Below, piece by piece: positions 16,814 through 24,052 of a DNA stretch of 32,000 bases (positions within the stretch are counted from its first letter, which is position 1; every line of letters begins with the position of its first letter). The position numbers were made by a program, and so were the translations under genes. Below the pieces are notes generated by a model. That model made no database searches. It was not told the origin of the DNA and saw only the letters and a list, made by a program, of their open reading frames with translations. The DNA comes from Candidatus Saccharimonadota bacterium (GTDB lineage: Bacteria; Patescibacteriota; Saccharimonadia; Saccharimonadales; Saccharimonadaceae), in assembly GCA_020160975.1 (NCBI GenBank), contig JAIUPJ010000001.1:540001-572000 (forward strand), written 5' to 3'.

Positions 16814-17734
16814 ATGAGTTTATTCAAAATATCTAGCAATAACGCCTCTCGACTAAAACCAATCACAAACCTAGATGGTAAGAAGATTCTCGAACGTGAC
16901 GTACAGCGTATTTTCGAAGCGAGCCTTCACGAGCTACTTGGCGTTCACTTTTTAGCAAGCGAATACTCAACCAGTTTTGGCGGGCGTATGGACACGCTCG
17001 GTATCGACGATGAAGGCAATCCGTGCATTATCGAATACAAAAAGGGACACAACGAGAACGTAATCAATCAAGGCTTGTCGTATCTACGCTGGTTGCTTGA
17101 TCATAAAGATAGTTTTGAGAAGCTTTGCAATGAAAAGAACATTACAGTTGCTATTCAATGGGCGGCGCCACGAGTGATTTGTGTTGCCGAGAGCTATAAC
17201 AAGTTCGACACAGACACCGCCGACCTATTGCCAATTAACATTGAGCTATATCGGTACAAGCTATATGAAGATGGTTTACTGACGCTAGATACCGAAAACT
17301 ATCAGAAGGTGAAGTTACAAGACGCACCGAAGTTCACTGTTGATTCTGGCAAGGCTGAAAAGTTACAGGAGACGTTCACGCTTGAGTATCACTTAGCGAT
17401 GGCAAGTGAAGAGACGAAAGCGCTATTTGCATCACTGAAAGAGCGGATATTGGCTATTGATACGGAAATTATTGAAGATCCAAAGAAGATGTACGTTGCC
17501 TACAAAACGACACGCAACTTTGTCGATGTCGTCTTCAAGAAGTCAAAGTTAAAACTTTATATCAACATGAAGACCGGCACACTAGATGACCCGCGGGGAC
17601 TTGCTCGTGACGTTGAGTCACCCGTGCATATCGGCCACTGGGGTAATGGTGACTACGAAGTTGAAGTCACGGGTGGCACTGACCTCGATTATGTGATGGA
17701 TCTTATCCAGCAGAGTTACGACATCAATCAATAG
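16814..17734 (+). CDS. PD-(D/E)xK (NucS/EndoMS-like) nuclease domain protein with DUF5655-like C-terminus
   Basis: 306 aa. The D...E-x-K arrangement (RMDTLGIDDEGNPCIIEYKKG) sits in an N-terminal domain of the type often found next to type I R-M genes. The C-terminal domain assignment is by recollection of this architecture. Confidence 0.55.
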   Translation: MSLFKISSNNASRLKPITNLDGKKILERDVQRIFEASLHELLGVHFLASEYSTSFGGRMDTLGIDDEGNPCIIEYKKGHNENVINQGLSYLRWLLDHKDSFEKLCNEKNITVAIQWAAPRVICVAESYNKFDTDTADLLPINIELYRYKLYEDGLLTLDTENYQKVKLQDAPKFTVDSGKAEKLQETFTLEYHLAMASEETKALFASLKERILAIDTEIIEDPKKMYVAYKTTRNFVDVVFKKSKLKLYINMKTGTLDDPRGLARDVESPVHIGHWGNGDYEVEVTGGTDLDYVMDLIQQSYDINQ

Positions 17735-17738
17735 CGGG

Positions 17739-18455
17739 TTGTCTCAAGGCGCTTTTAGAAAAAAGCCGCAACGGCTAGAGCAAATAGTAAACAAGGTATA
17801 TACTGCACATATGAAGATGTCGGATCGTCGCAAAGACTTACGACCAAGGGAGAAGCTCCAGGCGCGAGGTGCTGAGGCTCTGAGTGACTACGAACTTTTG
17901 ATGGCGATAATTGGCAGCGGTACGCAGTACGCTGATGTGACTAAGCTTGCTCGCGAGGTGCAAAAATTACTGAAAGAAAAAGGCAGCGAGCTAGCTTACA
18001 AAGATTTACTCAGTGTCAAAAGTCTTGGCCCAGCAAAAGCAACAAATATTATGGCTGGCTTTGAGCTCTGGCGCAGACAGTTTGAAGTTAGCGAGCGCCC
18101 AATCATCGACAGTCTCGAAAAAGCCGTCGAGCAGTTGAGCGACATTCGTGACAAAAAGCAAGAATACTTCGTTTGCCTCACGCTCGACGGTGCCAATCGA
18201 CTGATTGCAAAACGCATCATCACTATCGGCACGCTCACTGCTAGCCTGGTCCACCCGCGCGAAGTCTTCGCAGAAGCCATTTCGGACCGCGCCGCCAGTA
18301 TCATCGTGGCGCATAATCATCCGAGCGGCACGTTAACGGCCAGTAGCGCCGATAGCGAAGTTACCCAAAGACTCGAAGAGGCTGGTGTGGTGCTAGGCAT
18401 AAAGCTCGTAGACCATTTGATTGTATCGTCGAGTGGGCATCTAAGTATCCTCTAA
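17739..18455 (+). CDS. radC: RadC-like JAB/MPN domain protein
   Basis: JAMM motif HNHPSG. N-terminal RPREKL...LSDYELLMAIIGSG is typical of RadC. The ORF track starts at TTG 17739. The ATG at 17811 (MKMSDRRKDLRPREKL) is the more likely start. Confidence 0.85.
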   Translation: MSQGAFRKKPQRLEQIVNKVYTAHMKMSDRRKDLRPREKLQARGAEALSDYELLMAIIGSGTQYADVTKLAREVQKLLKEKGSELAYKDLLSVKSLGPAKATNIMAGFELWRRQFEVSERPIIDSLEKAVEQLSDIRDKKQEYFVCLTLDGANRLIAKRIITIGTLTASLVHPREVFAEAISDRAASIIVAHNHPSGTLTASSADSEVTQRLEEAGVVLGIKLVDHLIVSSSGHLSIL

Positions 18456-18461
18456 CCAATC

Positions 18462-18470
18462 TGTTATAAT
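18462..18470 (+). promoter_or_regulatory. extended -10 element TGTTATAAT positioned for a leaderless NYN transcript
   Basis: TGnTATAAT match ending 6 nt before the ATG at 18477. No Shine-Dalgarno lies between them. Confidence 0.3.
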
Positions 18471-18476
18471 CAGGCC

Positions 18477-19082
18477 ATGAGAGAGCGTCCGAATAACTAT
18501 GCTTTTATCGATAGCCAAAATCTAAACCTTTCGATTCGTGAACTAGGGTGGAAATTAGACTTTACAAGATTTCGTGTGTATTTGCGTGATAAATACGCTG
18601 TTAATAAGGCATACCTATTCATAGGCTTCATGCCACAGAACGCTGACCTGTATGCTCATCTACAAGAAGCTGGTTTTATATGTATATTTCGACCCACATT
18701 AACGTATCGTGATGGCACAACAAAAGGCAACTGCGATGCAGAGTTGGTGCTTCAGGCTATGATCGAGTTTGAAAACTACGACCAAGCAGTGCTTGTTAGT
18801 GGCGATGGCGACTTTCAGTGTCTAGCAAAGTATTTACACGAACAGGATAAGCTAGCAGCACTACTCATACCGAATCAAGGAAAATTCTCGGCCTTACTGA
18901 AGTTTGACTTCTTGAAACCATACCATAGGTTTGTTAGCGACCTTCAAGCAAAGCTAGAATACAAGCCAATAAAAAAGAAGAACCCCCGCAAGGACAAGCA
19001 CTTGAAGGGGAAATCTTCTATTGGTGATACTTCAAATATAGCAAAAAAGAGCCAAAAAGTCAACCGAAAAAGGGTTGCGTAA
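18477..19082 (+). CDS. NYN (LabA/DUF88-like, PIN-related) ribonuclease domain protein
   Basis: 201 aa. YAFIDSQNL, GNCDAELVLQAM and VLVSGDGDFQCL match the NYN acidic motif set. Lys-rich basic C-terminal tail. Confidence 0.75.
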   Translation: MRERPNNYAFIDSQNLNLSIRELGWKLDFTRFRVYLRDKYAVNKAYLFIGFMPQNADLYAHLQEAGFICIFRPTLTYRDGTTKGNCDAELVLQAMIEFENYDQAVLVSGDGDFQCLAKYLHEQDKLAALLIPNQGKFSALLKFDFLKPYHRFVSDLQAKLEYKPIKKKNPRKDKHLKGKSSIGDTSNIAKKSQKVNRKRVA

Positions 19083-19103
19083 CGGCATAAAGAGGTAGTT
19101 AAA

Positions 19104-20564
19104 GTGGCAGATATACGAACCGAATTTAAAAGAATCGACAACATCCTTTTTGAAGATGCCGGGACTAATGGCGCCAATGATTACATGGCGCAGATGTCGT
19201 GGATTTTGTTCCTCAAGTATCTAGACGACCTAGAAGACACGCGTAAATCCGAAGCCGTGTTCCACGGCCAGACATACGAACCGCTATTCAAGGAAGAGTT
19301 TCAGTGGGACACCTGGGCGGCGCCAAAGCTCACAAGCGGCAAGCCGGATATTTCGACACAAATGACCGGCGACGATCTCATCGAGTTCGTTAATCAAAAG
19401 CTATTCCCGTACCTCAAATCATTCAAAAGCACCGAAAACGACCCGAAGTCGCTTGTCTACAAAATCGGTGAAATCTTCGGAGAAGTCACCAACAAAATTA
19501 ACAGCGGCCGCAACTTGCGCGAGGTTATCGATATCATTGACGCCTTGCAGTTCCAGACCCAAGACGAGCTAGATCAGCTATCGGCACTGTACGAAGACAG
19601 ACTCAAGCTGATGGGCGGCGCGGGGCGCAGCGGCGAATACTACACCCCAAGACCGCTCATCCAGGCGCTTGTGCAGGCAGTCGACCCAGAGCTCGGCAAG
19701 ACGATATACGACGGTGCGGCAGGTTCAGCAGGATTTTTGACCGAAGCGTATGCGTATCTGCGTAGCAAAGTTGAAACATCGAGCGAACTAAAGTTCCTCA
19801 AAGAAGATACGTTCTACGGCAAAAATAAAAAGCCAGAGCCGTATCTGCTCGGTACGATGAACATGATCCTGCACGGCATCGAGTCGCCAAACATGACTCA
19901 CGCTAATACGCTGAACGAAGACACCCGTGCTATTCAAGAAAAAGATCGCTACGATTATATACTGGCCAATCCGCCGTTTGGCGGCAATGAACGGCCAGAA
20001 GTACAACGCAACTTCAAGGTGCAAACGCGCGAGACGGCCAACCTATTCTTGCAGCACTTTATGAAAAAGCTTCGTACTGGTGGTGAAGCGGCGATCGTCA
20101 TCAAAAACACCTTCCTGACCAACGAACCGACCGGCGCGACAGGCAAGATCCGCAAAGAACTGCTCGAAGGCTACAGCCTGCACACCGTCCTCGACTTGCC
20201 AGGCGGCGTGTTCAGTGCAACTGGATCAACTGGTGTCAAGACGGTAGTGCTTTTCTTTCGCAAAGGCGAGCCGACGCGCGAGATATGGTACTACCAGCTA
20301 AACCCAGGGCGAAACCTCGGCAAAACCAATCCACTCAACATCAACGACTTTAGTGATTTCCTTGCCAAATACAAAACCCGCGAAACAAGCGAACAGTCAT
20401 GGACAGTCAAAGTCGAAAACATCGACCAAACCACCCTCGACCTCGGTGTCAAAAACCCACATGAGCCAGAAGCCGAGGAGTTGAAAACACCAGAGGACAT
20501 TTTGGAGGATATCAAGATGGTAGACCGAGAAATTGCTGAGATTCTGGAGAACATCAAACTATGA
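19104..20564 (+). CDS. hsdM: type I restriction-modification N6-adenine methyltransferase subunit
   Basis: 486 aa with a GTG start after an AGAGG Shine-Dalgarno. HsdM_N-like N-terminus. AdoMet motif DGAAGSAGFL. Catalytic NPPFGG. Confidence 0.9.
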   Translation: MADIRTEFKRIDNILFEDAGTNGANDYMAQMSWILFLKYLDDLEDTRKSEAVFHGQTYEPLFKEEFQWDTWAAPKLTSGKPDISTQMTGDDLIEFVNQKLFPYLKSFKSTENDPKSLVYKIGEIFGEVTNKINSGRNLREVIDIIDALQFQTQDELDQLSALYEDRLKLMGGAGRSGEYYTPRPLIQALVQAVDPELGKTIYDGAAGSAGFLTEAYAYLRSKVETSSELKFLKEDTFYGKNKKPEPYLLGTMNMILHGIESPNMTHANTLNEDTRAIQEKDRYDYILANPPFGGNERPEVQRNFKVQTRETANLFLQHFMKKLRTGGEAAIVIKNTFLTNEPTGATGKIRKELLEGYSLHTVLDLPGGVFSATGSTGVKTVVLFFRKGEPTREIWYYQLNPGRNLGKTNPLNINDFSDFLAKYKTRETSEQSWTVKVENIDQTTLDLGVKNPHEPEAEELKTPEDILEDIKMVDREIAEILENIKL

Positions 20565-22552
20565 ATCAAGGTTCAAAAATTTACCTAGAGAAATATCTTG
20601 AGGATTTTGGTAAGAAATCCACCGTTTATACAGCAATCGTCGAAGCTGTAACAAATGCGATTGAAGCTATCGAGCAAAAAGAGAACAGCTCCGATGGTGA
20701 GATTCATATTCACATTGATCGTGATAATGTACTTCTTGATGAAACTTCGGCAAAGATAAATAAAATAACCATTAGCGATAACGGTGTTGGCTTCGTTGAC
20801 GCAAACCGAAATTCATTTAATACCCTTTACAGTCAGCAAAAGAGCGAAAGTGGCGGTAAGGGTCTTGGACGAATGTTCTTCGCTAAATATTTCAAAAATG
20901 TGTCAGTGGAAAGCACCTACATCAAAGATAACAAATACCGTACCAGAAAGTTCGCTTTAGGACGAAAATATGAAATTATCGAAGATGAGCAGGACACGCA
21001 AGCTGACGGCACAATCCCAACAGGGGCAAAACTGGTTTTGAGTGAATACGCAGGAAACGTTGATTTTGATGATGATATTGATCGATTTGCGCACCGTGTA
21101 CTAGAGAAAATCTTGAATTACTTTGTGGTAGAAAAATATACTTGTCCAAAAATTATAATCCACGACGGCACAGAAACAAGAGTTCTAAATGACCTGATAG
21201 GTGATACTGACTCATTTGCAATTCAGTCAAAGAATACCGGCGAGATTGCGGTAGGAGAGAAGACACTCAGCTATAAAATGTTTGAGCTACAAAGTGTCTT
21301 TACTCAGAAAAGTAAAATTATGCTCACTGCAAATCATAAGGTTGTTACAGACGCAAAATTAGAAGATTACGTGCCGGAATTTGCAACAGACTTCACCAAA
21401 CAGGACGAGGAAGGCAAAGAGCGTAAGTACATTGTTCGGCTATATGTTTACGGTAACTACCTAGACGAAGCCGTCAATAACGAGCGGAGTGATTTCAATT
21501 TTGGTGATCACGAGGATTTGGTATATCCGATAGGCAAGAAAGACATTGAAGAAAGTGCAGCGAAAGAGGCAAAAAAGATACTAAAGACTGAGGTAACCAC
21601 TCGCTTTACTGAGAAGAAAAAACGAGTCGAAGAATACGCCGAAGACAATATCTGGTACAAAAATTATCTCGAACATGTTGATTTTGAAAAAATGAAAATG
21701 AGTCCATCAAACACGGATATTGAAGCCGAACTTCACAAAGTAAAGTTTGAACAAGACGCTCAGCGCAAAGCAAAAGTTGCCAATCTGGCAAATAACCTTG
21801 ACGTTAAAGGCGTAAATGTTCAAGAGGAGGTTGAAAAGCTTGTATCGGAGATGAATGATACCGACAGGAGTAACCTTGCCCAGTATATGGCATTTCGTCA
21901 GGTTGTTTTGAATTTATTTGAAAAGGCGCTAGAGTGGGATAATAACGAGAAGTTCGAAAAAGAAAAGACCTTACACAGTATTATATTTCCGGTCAATCAC
22001 AATTCCGATGACACGACCTATGATGAACATAATTTGTGGATTTTAGACGAAAAGCTTAACTTTACAAGCTGGATTAGCTCAGACAAAAGCACATTTACTG
22101 AGTCAGCAGATCGTCCAGATATCGCAGCATTTCATTACCCAGTCTCATATCGAGAGGGTGAAGAAGTGCATAGTCCAGTTAGTATATTTGAGTTCAAAAA
22201 ACCAAGCAGGACAGATTTCATCAACAAATCATCCGACGAAGATCCCATAGAGCAGATTGTACGCTACGTTAATCAGCTACGCGATGGCAAGCTCAAACAG
22301 CCAAATGGACGTGAGATTGATACTGCAGAGAATACACCATTTTACGGCTACGTTATAGCTAGCGCAAACAATGATGTCAAGAAGTGGCTCACTGACGTAA
22401 AAGATATGAAGATGACACCAGATGGCAGTGGTTGGTTTAAGAATATGGACAACATAAACCTTCGAGTAGAGTTTATTACCTGGGATAAATTACTTAAAGA
22501 TGCCAAGATTAGGCACAGGATTTTCTTCGAGAAGCTAGGGGCTCAAAAGTGA
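20561..22552 (+). CDS. GHKL (Bergerat-fold, MORC/paraMORC-like) ATPase fused to a C-terminal PD-(D/E)xK-like nuclease module
   Basis: 663 aa. N-box VEAVTNAIEA (E28, N32). G1 ISDNGVGF (D73). G2 GGKGLG. C-terminal RPD(520)IAAF...SIFE(544)FK(546)KP followed by IEQIVRY. ATGA overlap with hsdM. Confidence 0.65.
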   Translation: MNQGSKIYLEKYLEDFGKKSTVYTAIVEAVTNAIEAIEQKENSSDGEIHIHIDRDNVLLDETSAKINKITISDNGVGFVDANRNSFNTLYSQQKSESGGKGLGRMFFAKYFKNVSVESTYIKDNKYRTRKFALGRKYEIIEDEQDTQADGTIPTGAKLVLSEYAGNVDFDDDIDRFAHRVLEKILNYFVVEKYTCPKIIIHDGTETRVLNDLIGDTDSFAIQSKNTGEIAVGEKTLSYKMFELQSVFTQKSKIMLTANHKVVTDAKLEDYVPEFATDFTKQDEEGKERKYIVRLYVYGNYLDEAVNNERSDFNFGDHEDLVYPIGKKDIEESAAKEAKKILKTEVTTRFTEKKKRVEEYAEDNIWYKNYLEHVDFEKMKMSPSNTDIEAELHKVKFEQDAQRKAKVANLANNLDVKGVNVQEEVEKLVSEMNDTDRSNLAQYMAFRQVVLNLFEKALEWDNNEKFEKEKTLHSIIFPVNHNSDDTTYDEHNLWILDEKLNFTSWISSDKSTFTESADRPDIAAFHYPVSYREGEEVHSPVSIFEFKKPSRTDFINKSSDEDPIEQIVRYVNQLRDGKLKQPNGREIDTAENTPFYGYVIASANNDVKKWLTDVKDMKMTPDGSGWFKNMDNINLRVEFITWDKLLKDAKIRHRIFFEKLGAQK

Positions 22553-22932
22553 GCATGCTAAAAAGACTACTCTTCGAGATCGCAAAGCCTCAGTTAATAA
22601 GAGCGCTTGACTATGCTTCTATGTATAAGAGTCAATGGGCCGACGGCGGCGTTCCTGTCGAGGCATTCGAAAAGCAATTTGATAAGGATTTTCTGCAAGA
22701 GTTAGTCGAGAAAAAATATTTCACTATCGATGATGAGCCTATAGGCATAGACGACTATACTAGAAAGGTTTATAGCCTTACGCCCAGGGCCAGAACAATA
22801 GCTAAAAAGCCAAAAGGTTCGCATGAAACCAGCTCAGATATATACAAGCAGCTATTCTGGTGGCTCATGGGTATTGTGGGTGCGATTGTAGCTGGATTGG
22901 TGCTGGCAAATGTATTCGGAGTTGGAAAATGA
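22549..22932 (+). CDS. small tail-anchored membrane protein
   Basis: 127 aa (GTG at 22549 or ATG at 22555). Soluble N-domain and a single C-terminal TM helix LFWWLMGIVGAIVAGLVLANVF. 4-nt overlaps with both neighbours. Confidence 0.5.
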   Translation: MSMLKRLLFEIAKPQLIRALDYASMYKSQWADGGVPVEAFEKQFDKDFLQELVEKKYFTIDDEPIGIDDYTRKVYSLTPRARTIAKKPKGSHETSSDIYKQLFWWLMGIVGAIVAGLVLANVFGVGK

Positions 22933-24050
22933 AAAGTGTAAAACTTGGTGAATATATTAAAGTTCTGAGTCCAAAAACAAAGATTCAAGCTAAGAAGTTT
23001 TTGGCATCTGGAAGGCATCCTATTGTTTCGCAAGAAGCAAGTTATATTAATGGATATTGGGATAATTCAGATGATGTGATGATACTACGCAAGCCAGTGG
23101 TAATCTTTGGTGATCACACAAGAGCTATCAAATATATTGACTTCGATTTTGTTGCCGGAGCCGATGGTACAAAGATATTAGTTACTCCTGACGATCTAGA
23201 CGCTAGGTACTTCTATCATTGGCTATTAGCGCATCCCGTCGAGCACCTAGGTTATGCTAGGCATTTCCGTTTATTGAAAGATATGGTGATAGATATACCG
23301 TCTCTGGACGAACAGCGGCGGATTGTTGCGCGGTTGGATGCGGCTTTTGAGAAGATCTCGGCGGCGGAAGTTTTGACGCGTCAGAATTTAGATAATGTGT
23401 CTTCATTGCAAAAGAGTATTTTACAAAAGTATCTGAGTGCCTCTGGTAACACGCACAGATTGGGGGACATATGTGCAATTCTGGGTGGCAAGCGCCTACC
23501 GAAAGGAGAGAAGCTGTTAAGTACACCGACACCCCATCCATATGTTCGCGTAACTGATTTTGACGGCAAAGGTGGAGTGGACACGAACGACATTAGATAT
23601 ATCTCAGATAGTGTTTATGAAAAAATATCGCGCTACATCATTAACACAAAGGATGTGTTCTTGAGTATTGCAGGAACGATTGGCGTGACAGGTATTGTCC
23701 CTGAGATGCTAGATGGAGCTAATTTAACTGAAAATGCCTGTCGGCTAGTGCCGTCAGATGCAATTAATACGCGCTATCTTTATTATTTCACTACTTCTGA
23801 AATATTCCGTGTGCAGGCTTTAGCCGAGACAAAACAAACAGCTCAACCAAAATTAGCGCTAATGAGAATTAAGGATATTCAAATCGATTTACCAAGCATT
23901 GAAGAGCAAGAATCCATTGTCATGAAACTTGATAATCATCTTGGAAAAACTCAAAGGGCTGAAGCTCAGTACCAAAAGAAGCTCGCGAAACTCACTGACC
24001 TACGCCAATCCCTGCTAGCCGAAGCATTTTCGACAACAAATACGGTATAA
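22929..24050 (+). CDS. hsdS: type I restriction-modification specificity subunit
   Basis: The MKSVKLGEYI start at the ATGA overlap is preferred over the longer 22860 ORF. Two target-recognition halves are separated by conserved helical regions (LDEQRRIVARLDAAFEKI and IEEQESIVMKLDNHLGK). Confidence 0.85.
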   Translation: MKSVKLGEYIKVLSPKTKIQAKKFLASGRHPIVSQEASYINGYWDNSDDVMILRKPVVIFGDHTRAIKYIDFDFVAGADGTKILVTPDDLDARYFYHWLLAHPVEHLGYARHFRLLKDMVIDIPSLDEQRRIVARLDAAFEKISAAEVLTRQNLDNVSSLQKSILQKYLSASGNTHRLGDICAILGGKRLPKGEKLLSTPTPHPYVRVTDFDGKGGVDTNDIRYISDSVYEKISRYIINTKDVFLSIAGTIGVTGIVPEMLDGANLTENACRLVPSDAINTRYLYYFTTSEIFRVQALAETKQTAQPKLALMRIKDIQIDLPSIEEQESIVMKLDNHLGKTQRAEAQYQKKLAKLTDLRQSLLAEAFSTTNTV

Positions 24051-24052
24051 TC

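Noticed and set aside
22860-22928. Longer hsdS ORF starting at 22860 (MAHGYCGCDCSW...)
   Set aside because: This extension overlaps the TM helix of the preceding gene in another frame. It has no HsdS-like sequence. The ATG at 22929 gives a typical HsdS N-terminus and an ATGA coupling overlap.
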